From: Centroscyllium fabricii
Taxonomy: Eukaryota
NCBI GenBank assembly: GCA_051313645.2
Contig: JBNRSN020000489.1
Location: 248,001-305,789, forward strand
Length of the DNA: 57,789 nucleotides
Reading direction: 5' to 3'
Below are positions 1-12,937 of the stretch, in pieces; position 1 is the first letter of the stretch, and each line of letters opens with the position of its first letter. A model generated the notes under the pieces. The model had not been told where the DNA came from and searched no databases. It saw only the letters and a list, made by a program, of their open reading frames with translations. The position numbers and the translations under genes were made by a program.

Positions 1-612
1 CAAGTACCTCTTTCCAGGACACTGACCAGACACCAACCGACTCTGAGCCCGTGGGGGCTCGTACGCGGAGTCATGATCCTCCTGGTGCCTCATGCCAAAG
101 TGCCAATTGGCCGCAGACCAGCTCTGTGCCTTCCCCTGACCAGGGACAAACCAGCTCTGCACCTATTGGAGCTCGTACGCGGAGCCATGATCTCCCCGGC
201 CCTTCACGGGGTAATCCAGGCCATGCAGGTTCTGACCCGTGGCCAACAGCAGGTAAACGGTCCAGAGACCCAGACTTTGTCCATAGGGACGGACCATCAA
301 CCCAGCAACGAGAACTCAAACGGGTGCGTCTCCTCCTTGTTAGGCTACTCGGGAATAAAAAGAAGATTCCTGCCTTTTAATTTTTCAGGAGGGAAGAATG
401 TGGTGATATTGAACTGACTTCCGGGGGAAGACTAAGGGGTGAACTCTGTACGTGTCACTTCCTGTTTTCTATTAGTATAACTGCTGGAACTGCTCAGTAT
501 GGGGGAACGCTTCACCTGGAAGCATGGTAAAACCGGTCTTTTGTACATAGTGATAATCTAGTGGATTAAAGCTTTGCTTTCAGTTATTGATGTATCAGAC
601 TCCATTATTACA
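1..612 (+). mobile_element. 3' end of an LTR retrotransposon (probably Gypsy): pol tail, PPT and 3' LTR (399-612)
   Basis: Purine tract caggagggaagaa abuts TG at 399; ends attaCA at 612; TATA-like tagtataa and ATTAAA inside; upstream low-complexity ORF with a repeated GARTRSHD unit. Confidence 0.55.
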
Positions 613-678
613 TCAGTGGTCACTACTACCAGTGCTGTCATGGGCAGATGCATCTGCAACAGGTAGATTGGTGAGGAT

Positions 679-1345
679 ACATAGATACATAGAAAATAGG
701 AGCAGGAGTAGGCCAATCGGCCCCTCGAGCCTGCTCCGCCATTTAACAAGATGGCTGATCTGATCCTAACCTCAATTTTATTTTTACTCTCCATCCCGCC
801 CAAACCCATGTGATCACCAGAGGCGAAAAACCAGATAAAAAACCCAGTGGCCAATTTGGGAGAAGAAATCTGGGAAATTCCTCTCCGACCCATCTAGGCG
901 ATCGAAAACTGGTCCAGGAGATCACATGGCCGATCTGAACCTAGCCTCACGTCCACTTACCTGCCCGCTCACCATAACCCCTAATTCCCTTTACTTCCAG
1001 GAAACTGTCTATCTCTGTAGCTTCCACAGCCCTCTGGGGCAGCAAATTCCACAGCCCCACCACCCTCTGAGTGAAGAAGTTTCTCCTCATCTCAGTTTTG
1101 AAATGGCAGCCCCTTATTTTAAGATTATGCCCCCTAGTCCTAGTTTCACCCACCATTGGGAACATCCTCACCGCATCCACCCGATCAAGCCCTCTCTCAA
1201 TCTTATATGTTTCAATAAGATCGCCTCTCATTCTTCAGAACTCCAATGAGTAGAGGCCCAATCTACTCAGCCTCTCGTCATATATTAGCCCCCTCATCCC
1301 CGGAATTAACCTAGTGAACCTTCTTTGCACTGCCTCGAGAGCAAC
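679..1345 (-). mobile_element. CR1 LINE 3' fragment with long 3' UTR
   Basis: RGDLIETYKI, RTRGHNLKI and FFTQRVV motifs; CR1 tail with TATGT repeats; near-identical to 29335-30033. Confidence 0.92.
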
Positions 1346-2248
1346 ATGCTACATCAGTACCCCATTCCTGCTTTCTCGCCATATCCCTTGATCCCCCTAG
1401 TTGTAAGTATTACATCTAACTCCCTTTTGAATATATTTAGCGAACTGGCCTCAACAACTTTCTGTGGTAGAGAATTCCACAGGTTCACCACTCTGGGTGA
1501 AAAGGTTTCTCCTCATCTCAGTCCTAAATGGTTTACCCCTTATCCTTAGTCTGTGCCCCCTGGTTCTGGACTTCCCCAACATTGGGAACATTCTGCCCGC
1601 ATCCAACCTGTCCAAACCCGTCAGGATTTTAAACGTTTCTATGAGATCCCCCCTCATTCTTCTGAACTCCAGAGAGTACAAGTTCAGTTGATCCAGTCTT
1701 TCTTGATATGTCAGTCCGGCCATCCTGGGAATCAATCTAGTAAACCTTCGCTGCACTCCCTCAATAGCAAGAATGTCCTTCCTCAAGTTAGGAGACCAAA
1801 ACTGCACACAATACTCCAAGTGTGGCCTCACCAAGGCCCTGTACAACTGTAGCATCACCTCCCTACTCCTGTACTCAAATCCCCTCGCTATGAAGGCCAA
1901 CATGCCATTTGCTTTCTTGACTGCCTGCTGTACCTGCATTTCCACCTTCAGTGACTGATGTACCATGACGCCCAGGTCTCGTTGCACCTCCCCTTTCCCT
2001 AATCTGTTACCATTCAGATAATAGTCTGTCTCTCTATTTTTACCGCCAAAGTGGATAACCTCACATTTATCCACATTGTACATCATCTGCCATACATTTG
2101 CCCATTCACCTAACCTGTCCAAGTCACTCTGTAGCCTCTTAGCATCCTCCTCGCAGCTCACACTGCCTCCCAATTTAGTGTCATCCGCAAATTTGGAGAT
2201 ACAACATTTAATCCCTTCGTCCAAATCATTAATATATAATGTAAACAG
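1346..2248 (-). mobile_element. CR1 LINE ORF2 3' fragment lacking its own tail
   Basis: ORF 1451-2293: [30 protein letters not shown]. Confidence 0.93.
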
Positions 2249-4207
2249 GATGAGGTCAAGTAGCTTTTTCCCTTGTGTTGGCTCTCTCACCACCTGCCGC
2301 AGGCCCAGTCTGGCAGCTATGTCCTTCAGGGCTTAGTCACTAGTGGTGCTACTGAGTCACTCTTGGTGATGGTCATTGAAGTCCCCCACCCAGAGTACAT
2401 TCTGTGCACTTGCTACCCTCTGTGCTTCTTCCATGTGGTGTTCAACATGGGGAAGCAATGATTCATCAGATGAGGGAGGACAGTAGGTGGTGATCAGCAG
2501 GAGGTTTCCTTGCCCATGCTTGACCTGAAGCCATGAGACATCATGGGGTGCAGAAACAATGTTGAAAACACCCAGGGCCACTCTTTCCTGACTGCATACC
2601 ACTGTGCTGCCACCTCTGGTGGATCTGTCCTGCCAGTGGAACAGGATGTACCCAGGGATGGCGATGGAGGAGTCTGGGACGTTGGCTGATGGGTATGATT
2701 CGTTGATTATGTCTGTCAGGTTGTTGCTTGACTAGTCTGTGGGACAGCTCTCCCAATTTTGGCACAGGTCCCCAGATGTTAGTGAGGAGAACTTTGCAGA
2801 GTTGACTGGGTTGAGTGTGCCTTTGTCGTGTCTGAAGCCAGTGCCGAGGTCGATGCAGGGTGGTCAGTCGGTTTTATTGTTTTTTGTAGTAGTTTGGTAC
2901 AACTGAGTGGCTTCCTAAGCCATTTCAGAGGGCAATTAAGAGTCAACCACAGTGTGGGTCTCGAGTCACGTATAAGCCAGACCCGGTAAGGACGGTAGAC
3001 TTCCTTCCCCAAAGTACATTAGTGAAACAGATGTGCTTTTACTATAATCTGGTAGTTTTGCAGTTACCATTACTACTGATAGCTTTTTTATTCTAGATTT
3101 ATTTAATTAACTGAATTCGAATTCCCCAGCTGCCCGTGGTAGGATTTGAACTCACATCTCCAGATCATTAGGCCAGGCCTCTGGATTACTAGTGTAACAT
3201 CATCATGACGATATTGTTCCCTTCTGTCCATGTCCCCCCACACCCGAGCACCTGACCATCACTTCACCCCACTCTCTGCCGATCTCCTGACCACCTCATC
3301 CCCTTCTGCATCAAACTCCTGGCCTAGTCCCCCCCGTCTCCCCCCCCACCCCAAGCTCCTGGCCTTGACTCTTTACTGCCACCGCCGCCCCCACCCAAGC
3401 TCCCGGCCTTGTCCTTTTCCCACCGCCCCCCGAGCTCCTGACCTGCTCCAGGAAGAAAATGGCTGTCCACCAGGAAGAAATGTGGTTCAGGCCGCAGGCT
3501 CTGGCTAGGTGCAGGGTGGGATGGTGTTTAGGCTTGGCTCCGCCGCCATACAGGTGCGCATGCGCAGAACGACTCAAACTTGTTTGTGCATATGATCACT
3601 CTGGGTGTAATTTAACAGTCTGGCTGGAACCAATTTTCCATTTATATAACTTTTGTTGTTTATATGTATTTGTACAACAAATTATAAAATAGATATGGCA
3701 ATGGCAGTATTTTGCTTTGGTGTGGATTTATTGTAATAAATGATTAATAAAATCAGCAGGATTTTTAAAATTTTCTCTTCCACCATTTGATCTGGGAAAT
3801 TTGACCCTGATATAGTAACTAATTCCATAGGTTTATGGCTGACCTTTAAACTGTGGCAGGTTTGCAAAACGGGTGATTTCTGATCCATGGGCCTTTACGC
3901 AAGTGTACGCCCAGGACCCAATGCAGGCCCAGGACCCGAAGTCTCTGGAACCTGGGAGCCTGAAGGCAAGTGCGGATATTTTTAGTGGAGTCCTCCAGAG
4001 GTACGCCTCCAACCGCAAATTCTGGGCCAATGTGTTACTGACTCAAGCCCATTCTTAACCAGGACCTGACTTTCAGGCAGAGATTCCAGCAGATCAGCTG
4101 ATCGTGTCTCATTGAAACAAAGTCGAGACAAGCGCCTTGCTCTCGCATGCAATGTAAAACCTTGGATGATGCAGTGTTTGTCTAAAAATATTTCTATCAA
4201 ATTACAG

Positions 4208-4429
4208 GAGCAGATTATTCTCAATTAAAGCCAGCCAAGGACTGCACACCCATTGAATACCCCAAGCCAGATGGAAAAATCAGCTTTGACCTTCTGTCCT
4301 CTGTGGCCCTTAGTGGGACCAATCATGAAGATGATCAGCCAGCGCACTTGACCCTATTGGATGATAGTATACCAGTAAACATGAACTTGGCTGAGTTTGA
4401 TGGACCAGAGCAAAGATTCTGTCCTGCAG
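4208..4429 (+). CDS. ETFDH: ETFDH (ETF-ubiquinone oxidoreductase) penultimate coding exon (human exon 12 equivalent)
   Basis: Manual translation (G)[73 protein letters not shown]; acceptor ttacag, donor gtatt; 222 nt, phase 1/1, joins in frame to 10157. Confidence 0.96.
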
Positions 4430-6443
4430 GTATTTCTGCTAACTAATCTGCTTTCAGAAAGTTTTGTCATTGCATTCTTTTCAGACATAAAGGGGGGAAT
4501 TTTGCCAGTGCTCAGGGGGTGGGTTTGGAGGCAGGACTGGTGACAAAATTGCAAAGATTGACAGCGGGTCCCGAGCCTCCAAACAATCTTCCCGGGTGTT
4601 GGGTCCCCGATTTGCAGTTAAGAGGCTTTTTCCAATTTTGACGGGTCTACTGCGGGCTTCCGGACACCACCCCAGGGTAAGTGTGGCATGCTGTAGGTCT
4701 ACTGTAATGTTTCTTCATTGATGACCGCTGCAGAAGTGGTGTGAAGGATCCAATGGTACACTAGTGAGTTTCAGAGGTAAGAAAATGTTGGGAAAATAAT
4801 TTTTAATGTATTTAGACTTTTCTGTAGGTAACAAGCTTTGAAGTGTCCATGTAGTCCCACCTCATTGGGAGAACCTTTCTCACCAGTGTCAGATCGCTTC
4901 CTCACCTGCAGCTGCTATCTGTTCTAGCCTAAGGAGGGAGTCACTGGAGAGCCTGGGTTCAAGGGCTCACCTTTGTACATTGATTGTCAGTGTTTGCAGC
5001 ACCTCAAGGCTGTCAAATACTGAAAAATCACCTATGAAAACAAATTGTGTGTAGCCCCTTTAAGAAAACCGGCAGATGACGCATCATCAATTGACATCAT
5101 CTGACACCGGCTTTCTCTTAATTGGCCGGCAAACCCGCAGGGCGGGCTTAACGAGGCCAATTGACGCAAAATCGCGTGTATTGGACGTCGTTGGGGGCGG
5201 AATTGGAACCCGGAAGGCAGCTGTCCCACCCACAAGCCGCAGCGAAAGGTAAAATCCAGCCCAAAGATATCGACAATCCCTTGCATCATAATCTTGCAAT
5301 TATTAATTATTTTTTTTACAGCTGATACCATTTGAAAAATCAAACCATTGTAAAGAATTGTAATTAATATTACTTTTATTCTTGGGTTTTTTTTTTAATG
5401 AAATGAATGTGCCAATTTCTTGGGGTCATGGCAGGAAGGGAATTAGTTATCTAGTAATTTGATCCCTCCCCCTTGCACCATTCCTCTAGCCACGTATTCA
5501 TCTGAAATATCCTTCTATTTCTACTCTGACTAGCACGTGGCACTGGTAGCAATCCTGAGATTACTACCTTTTGAGGTCTTATTTTTTAATTTACTTCCTA
5601 ACTCCCTATATTCAGCTTTTCGGGCCTCATCCCGGTTTTTACCTATATCGTTGGTACCTATATGCACCACGACAACTGACTGTTCACCCTCCCTCACCAG
5701 AATGCCCTGCAGCCGCATCGAGACATCCTTGACCCTTGCACCAGGGAGGCAACATACCATCCTGGAGTCCCATTTGTGGCCGCAGAAACGCCCATCTATT
5801 CCCCTTACAATAGAATCCCCGATCACTATTGCTCTCCCACTGTTTTCCTCCTGTCCTGTGCAGCAGAAACACCCATGGTGCCAGGAAGTTGGCTGCTGCT
5901 GCCTTCCCCCGATAAGCCATCTCCCTCAATAATATCCAAAGTGGTATATCTGTATGAGAGGGAGATGGCCACAGGAGAGCCCTGCACTACCTGCCTGCGC
6001 CTACTACTCTGCCTGGTGGTCACCAATTCCCTTCCTGCCTGTGCAGCCTTTACTTGCGGTGTGACCAAATCCCTAAATGTGCTATCCATGATATCCTCAG
6101 CATCGCGAATGCTCCAGTATGTATCCATTCGTAGCTCTAACGCCGCAATGCAGTCTGGCAGTAGCTGCAGCTGGATACACTTCGCGCACACATGGTCGTC
6201 AAGGTCACAGGAAGTGTCCCTGATATCCCACATAGCGCAGGAGGAGCATGCCACGGGCCGAGATGTCCTGCCATGATGTACCCTTTAATTAATTTAAATT
6301 AAATCAAATCAATACCACTAATTACACTACAATTAAATTATCTACTCAAGGGCCCTTGTTTACTAGCACTCCGTGATACACAACAGAGACCTTGGAAACT
6401 ATAATCACAAAAATTAAGACCGTCTAAATTTTATAAACTCTTA

Positions 6444-8418
6444 GGGGGAGAAATTGGATGGCTTGCGCCAGCCGTTAGCACCCTGAGAGGGGTGCTAATG
6501 GGGCGCAAGGCACCTAGCGCCTGGGCTGGTGCCTCCCGCGATATTCAGCGGGGTGCTGGCGGCGGCGCCCCAGCTGCGAACTTCAGTCGCGCCCCCTGAC
6601 TTAGCGCCGGACGCTGTCTCGGACAGGGTCATGGGGCGCAGTTGCAGCCGGGGCAGCGCTATTTAAAGGGGGGGTGCTGGGCGGCTATTTTCCTTGCTGT
6701 CTGCCTGCTAGCACCTGCCCCCTCTGCCATCTCCGACCTTCCCCGATGCCCTCCCTGCAGAATGCTGGCTGTGCTCCGTGAGCCCGGCACTTTGCATTTG
6801 GAAAAGCAGGGTTTGATAAGGGATAGTCAGCATGGCTTCGTCAAAGGTAAGTCGTGCCTAACTAATCTGTTGGAATTCTTTGAAGAGGTAACAAAGAGGG
6901 TGGATGAAGGGAGTACTGTTGACGTGGTGTATATGGACTTTAGCAAGGCTTTTGATAAAGTCCCACATAGGAGACTAATAACAAAGGTTAAAGCACATGG
7001 GATACAGGGCAACTTGGCACAGTGGATTCAAAATTGGCTGGGGGATAGGAGACAAAGGGTAATGGTAGAGGGCTGCTTCTGTGACTGGAAACCAGTAACC
7101 AGTGGTGTCCCCCAAGGATCGGTTTTGGGACCCTTACTGTTTCTAGTATACATCAATGATTTGGACATGGGAGTAGGGGGTACGATCAGCAAATTTGCTG
7201 ATGATACGAAAATTGGAAGGGTGGTAAATAACGATGAAGATAGTAAAAGGCTTCAGGAAGATATAAATGTAATGGTTAGTTGGGCAGAAAAATGGCAAAT
7301 GGAGTTCAACCCAGAGAAATGCGAGGTCATACAATTCGGCAGACCAAATGGGGTAAGGGAATATACCATTAACAAAAAAACGTTAGGTAGGACCGAGGAA
7401 CAGAGGGACCTTGGGGTACAGGTGCACAGCTCCCTGAAGGTTGCTGGACACGTAAACAAGGTGGTTAAGAAGGCATACGGAATTCTGGCCTTTATTAACC
7501 AGGGCATAGTATACAAAAGTAGGGAGGTAATGTTAAACTTGTATAACACGCTGGTGAGACCTCAGCTAGAGTACTGTGTGCAATTCTGGTCACCGCACTT
7601 CAGGAAGGATGTGGTTGCCCTGGAGAGGGTGCAGAGAAGGTTTACCAGGATGATACCTGGTCTGGGGGACTTATGCTACGAGGAAAGGCTGGACAGGCTG
7701 GGGTTGTTTGCCTTGGAGAAGAGAAGATTGAGGGGTGACATGATTGAGGTGTACAGGATCATGAGAGGACACGATAGGGTGGATAAAGGGGCATTGTTTC
7801 CCTTGGTGGGAGAGTCAAATACTAGGGGACATAGATTCAAGATTAGTGGGGGGAGGTTTAGGGGGGAGGTAAGGAAAAATTTCTTTACTCAGAGGGTGGT
7901 GGAAGTGTGGAAGTCCCTGCCTGTAAGGGTGGTGGAGGCAGAAACCATCGCAACATTTAAAAAATATTTGGACCAGCACATGAAGGACCGTAACATACAG
8001 GGTTATGGGCCAGGTGTGGGCAAATGGGGTTAGTATAGTGAGGAGTTTCCTGGGCCGGTGCGGACTGGATGGGCCGAATGGCCTTTATCCGCACTGTAAA
8101 GTTTCTATGATTCTATGATTCCCTCGAGTGCCGGGCTCCTTTGCCGGCATTCCAATCTCCGGCGGTCCAATGGGGCCCCGGGTCGCGCCGCGCTAGGCCA
8201 CTCCTCTTTAAGAATGGGAGGAAGGCCTGCAGTATCGCGGTGCGGCGGGCCCGAAATTGAGTTGTTGCACCCAAGGAATGAGGTGGCGCGCTTACAGTAG
8301 CACCCTACCTCCTACTTGAGGCGCTGAAACCCAATTTAAGGTGGAACGGTGCTAACTTTTTCAGGGCGCTACTTTCCGAGGTTAGCGCTCCAAATGGGGC
8401 GCAACCCAATTTTTCCCC
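6444..8418. mobile_element. PIF/Harbinger-like MITE carrying a nested CR1
   Basis: Imperfect TIRs gggggagaaattgg / ccaatttttcccc, TTA on both sides, GC-rich tagcgcc/tagcac repeats inside. Confidence 0.7.
6794..8120 (+). mobile_element. Young 5'-truncated CR1 (RT domain to tail, frame open)
   Basis: ORF 6642-8033 with QHGF, YMDFSKAFD, GVPQGS and FADDTK; (ttctatga)n tail; very similar to 25838-27172. Confidence 0.96.
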
Positions 8419-9502
8419 TTAATCTTAACCGTCAAACTATAGAGTAGTATAAATACTCACCTGGCCGTACTCATCCAATCAGCTGCTTCCTCTTGCCCGC
8501 AATACTTTTTGAATCATGACGTGGCTCTAGAACACCGCCACCGGTCTGAGAGATTGGTAAGCCTCTGTAAACAAAAAAAACCTGCAAAAGTAAGTTTAAG
8601 TAATCACTGTACCGCCGCTCTCTGCTCCTCCCGACACTGGAATACAACTTGTTCTGGCTCGGGGCTCAAAATGTATGTATTTCAGTTGTACGAAAGGATG
8701 AAATGTATGACTCATTCTAGTCAAACTTTACAGAATTGAGGAAAAACAAAAACTATTCTCTCTCCTTTTCTCCTGCCCCCAGTACAATTTTTTCCCCTTG
8801 CCTCTTTTTCATGAACACATAGTAGAGTGTATTTTAATGGAAGTTCCTTGGTGTTTAGCCCAATTGGTCATTTTTCATACATGAGTCTGGGCATTGTGAA
8901 CCATAGAACACAGGAATATTGCAACCAAATTCAACCCTGTTCTTGCCACACATGCACACATTCAGCAGGTGTCACTGTGTAGGAACTCGAGTGCTTTGTT
9001 TTTGTTCATTTTACTTTTTCTAACTTAGAAATGTTGAAGCCAATTGAATCAACAACCACTAACTACCCCAATAGAGATCAGAGATCAGCTTTTTTAAAAT
9101 ATCTATATATGGGGGGTATGTTATTCTCAAGTATACACAACTGGGTTAGCTGCACTTGTAAGAGTCTGGTAAAGACTCTTCTGCTTCCAAATTCAGAGGA
9201 ATGTGAGGTGTCAAAACTGCATTGGCTCAGGTAAGTTTTGATTTTTGTACTCGTTTGTTAAAACAACTGACATAATTTAAAAATCAACCTCAGGTTGAAA
9301 ATGATAAATGATAGGGATATGGTTGCTATTTTGGAGTTTTTAGATGAGCAATCTGTAACAATCTTAATTCCATTGTTATGGATGCATTGTGTAAATGAAA
9401 GGAATGTCCAGTGACTGGCTCTTGCGGCTCGTCTGACAGTTCTTTTGAGTAGCCCACTAAGGAGTAAACCAGCTGAGCTGGGATAATTCACCTATGAGCT
9501 TC

Positions 9503-9930
9503 TGTGGCTCTGTTAGTAGCACTCTTGCCTCTGAGTCAGAAGGTTGCAGGATCAAGTCCCACTCCAGAGGCTTGAGCACATAATCTAGGCTGACAATGAG
9601 TGCTGCACTGTCAGACATGCCGTCTTTCAAATTAGACTTTAAACCAAGGCCTTCTTGGGTGGAGCTAAAAGATACCAAGGCATTATTTTGAAGAAGAGCA
9701 ATCGAATTCCTTGCCAGTGTCCTGGTCAAATATGTATCCCTCAACCAACATCAATAAAACAGATTATCTGTTCATTATCTTATTGCTGTTTGGGGGACCT
9801 TGCTGTGTGCAAATTTGGCTGCAGCGTTTCATACATTACAACAGTGACTACACTTCAAAATTACTTAATTTGCTGTAAAGCGCTTTGGGACGTCATGCGG
9901 TCTTGAAAGGTGCTACAAAAATGCAAGTTT
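9503..9930 (+). mobile_element. tRNA-derived Deu-domain SINE (SacSINE1/AmnSINE1-like)
   Basis: tRNA-like head, core ttgctgtttgggggaccttgctgtgtgcaaat..acagtgactacacttcaaaa, L2-type tail tgtaaagcgctttgggac..aaatgcaag; family named from memory. Confidence 0.7.
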
Positions 9931-10092
9931 TTTTCCCCCCTGCCTTCCTCAGCAATGGAAGAAGAGAATGCATGTGGGATTTCCAATGGAGGCCTCTTAA
10001 CTTTTTTTTTCTTTCCAACTGACTCTCCTGATGATTCCTGTTAGTCTGGGAGATTTTTCTGCATTTTAATGCCTACAAATATTACTATTTAA

Positions 10093-10320
<228 letters not shown>

Positions 10321-10508
10321 ACAACCAACCAATCCCAAGCTGGAGCTACAGTATTATGTACTGGCATATTGTATTTTTTAAATCAAGTGTTCGACTGTAA
10401 ATCTAAAGTTGAAGGAAGACATTTTTGCAATTAATTTCTGACTTCACCAGCTCTGTATAAATTGGGATCAGTTGTTCAGTTGGAAGAAATGTCAGTCAAA
10501 CAGATCAA

Positions 10509-10514
10509 AATAAA
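10509..10514 (+). promoter_or_regulatory. Candidate proximal poly(A) signal of ETFDH
   Basis: AATAAA about 190 nt after the stop, followed by a T/GT-rich stretch; further AATAAA at 11895, 11928 and 11935 could be distal signals. Confidence 0.45.
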
Positions 10515-10587
10515 ACTGTGCCCAACATTGGCCCTTTTTGATGTTGCTGGCTCAGCTGTGCATTGGCTAAAGACATCTAGTGACCGT

Positions 10588-11101
10588 TAGAGTCAGAGTT
10601 ATACAGCACAGAAAGAGGCCCTTCGGCCCATCATGTCTGCGCCAGCCATCAAGCCCTGTCTATTCTAATCCCACTTTCCAGCACTTGGTCCGTAGCCTTG
10701 TAAGCTATGGCGTTTCAAGTGCTTATCTAAATGCTTCTTAAATGTTGTGATGGTTCCTGCCTCTACCACCCTTTCAGGCAGTGAGTTCCAGATTCCAACC
10801 ACCCTCTGGGTGAAAAGGTTTTTCCTCAAATCCCCTCTAAACCTCCTGCCCCTTACTTTGGAACTTTGCCCCCTGGTTATTGACCCCTCTAAGAGGAAAG
10901 GTTCCTTTCTATCTACCCTCTTTGTGCCCCTCATAATTTTGTACACCTCAATCAGGTCCCCCCTCAGCCTTCTCTGCTCCAAGAAAAACAACCCCAGCCT
11001 GTCCAGTCTTTCTTCATAGCGGACGGAAACTGTCCAGCCCAGGAAACATCCTGGTGAATCTCCTCTGCACCCTCTCCAAAGCAATCACATCCTTTCTGCA
11101 G
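10588..11101 (-). mobile_element. CR1 3' fragment antisense in the ETFDH 3' region
   Basis: ORF 10665-11084: YEERLDRLGLF, RGDLIEVYK, GYGPSAGKWD; CR1 tail at 10590-10650. Confidence 0.92.
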
Positions 11102-12628
11102 TTTGAGTACGTTCCTTTGGAAACTGGTAATGGGATGAGGTTGCAGATTAATGCCTCGGGGTGAAAATGTGTTTCCTCAAATCCCCTCTAAACTCCTGTT
11201 AATTGGAATCTCAAAATATGAAGCCTTTAATTTAGTCAGTTCACTATTTTAATTGTAAAAATATTTTGAGTAATGTGCACATTAACAATGAGAGTTTTTT
11301 TTGATAAACTACTGCAAATTAAAATTCTGGTTTCAAAATTGATTTTTGGCCATGTATTGTGAATGGGGATTGTTTTGTATATTTGTTTGTTGAGAATTGA
11401 TCTTAAGTGGACTGCTGTGTAACATTGAAAAGTAATTCTTGCAAAGGAACTGCTGCTAGAAACACTAAATACAGATCAACCGAAGGAAAAGTAGAACATA
11501 AACTTTCTTTTTGAATCCCAGTTCCTTCCTGCCTTTACCCAAAGTGCTGCCCTTCAGCTGTACACTAGATGATAAAATGATACTTGCCTTTGACAAGCTG
11601 ATTTTTAACTTGAAATATTATTGTAAGCCATTATTTTGTTTGGCAGAAAAAGATTTACATTTTAATTTAATATGAACTTCCTTTAACAAAATATGAATTA
11701 TAAAACCAATGAATTGTAAACCAATGCACAATGCCTTATTGGGAGATGGGAGGAATAGATGAGCATCTTTTAATTACCAAAATTGATGGTTGCTTCAGTG
11801 ATATGAAAACCGTTTTAAATAGTGGTGCTTTGGGCCTACTACTCATCATTCAAATAATTGGTTATGATATAATCTGATATTTTATTAGTTTGTAAATAAA
11901 ACTTGTAAATGTTTGTTCAGTTTCTGTAATAAAAAATAAAGTAATCATTTGTGCAATATTTTTGTATTGAGATATAAATTTCTCCTGTAAAGTGTCCAGA
12001 ATAGAACTATGTTTAAAATGTAAATTCTCTCCCTCCCTGGAATTTAGGTTCCTATGCATCATGATCAAGGGCAGACAAGTCACCCATCCAACCTACCGCT
12101 CTCTGAACTTGCAGCACTCCATTCTCTCAGATCCAACCCCAACATTGTCATTAAACCTGCTGACAAGGGTGGTGCTGTTGTTGTTTGACGAACCATTCTC
12201 TACCTCACGGAAGCTGCACGGCAACTCTCCGACACCTCTTACCTCCGCCTGGACCATGACCCCACTACCGAACATCAAGCCACCGTTTCCAAGACTGTCA
12301 CTGACCTCATCTCCTCTCTGGAGATCTTACCACCCCCCCCACCACCATGGCCGCCAACCTACATCGACGACTCTTCTGATGCCCTCCGCCACTTTAATAG
12401 TTTCCAGTTTCCTGGCCCCAACCGCCTCCTTTTCACTGGACGTACAATCCCTCTACACCTCCATCCCCCACCAGGATGGCCTGAGGGCGCTCCGCTACTT
12501 CCTTGAACAGAAGCCCGACCAGTCCCCATCCACCACCACCCTCCTCCACCTGGCTGAACTTGTTCTCATTGAACAACTACTCCAAATCAAAGGTGTTGCT
12601 TTGGGAACCCGCATGGGTCCTAGCTATG

Positions 12629-12937
12629 TGTGGTAACCGTTATATATGTACTCTTTACCACCCCAATATTGTTGCCAATATTGTATTGTATGTATAGCGG
12701 CCGGGTACATAATACACTGTAATACACTGCCTTGTATTGCGACACTGTCGCGGGGTCAGGTCAGCCACACCTCTAACTCCTCCCCTCAGGTGAGTGCCTT
12801 ATAGGTGGGGACTGACCTGCCCCCATTCATTCTGTACCTGATGTTCGATCGGAGCGTAGCTCCTTTGTAAGCTAATAAAAGCCACTAGTTAAGGTAACTA
12901 CTCGTCTTTGGTTTTATTAAGACTTGACGATACGTCA
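12629..12937 (+). mobile_element. Solo LTR
   Basis: TG...CA, perfect 5-bp TSD CTATG (12624-12628, 12938-12942), internal AATAAA; splits the Penelope GPSY/A codons. Confidence 0.85.

Larger units (their letters stand above)
613..3235 (-). mobile_element. 5' part (APE endonuclease) of a second LINE family (CR1/L2 group), split by CR1 insertions
   Basis: Fragments KLGELSHRLVKQQPD, LLITTYCPPSSD, VGDFN, REPTQGKKLLDLIL continuing at 678-613 as TNLPVADASAHDSTGSSDH; tRNA-like head near 3130-3200. Confidence 0.7.
5530..8640 (-). mobile_element. CR1 5' portion (5' UTR and ORF1 zinc finger/esterase), interrupted by a MITE
   Basis: CSSCAMWD..CAKC, IGDSIVRG and VVHIGTND at 5530-6270; the AT-rich leader resumes after 8421. 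Confidence 0.75.

Noticed and set aside
51-380. Possible host gene with repeated GARTRSHD
   Set aside because: Lies directly before a PPT and LTR, so it is better explained as a retrotransposon pol tail.
6642-6793. Signal-peptide-like N-terminus fused to RT in the 463-aa ORF
   Set aside because: Chance read-through from MITE sequence into the truncated CR1; the start is TTG, not ATG.
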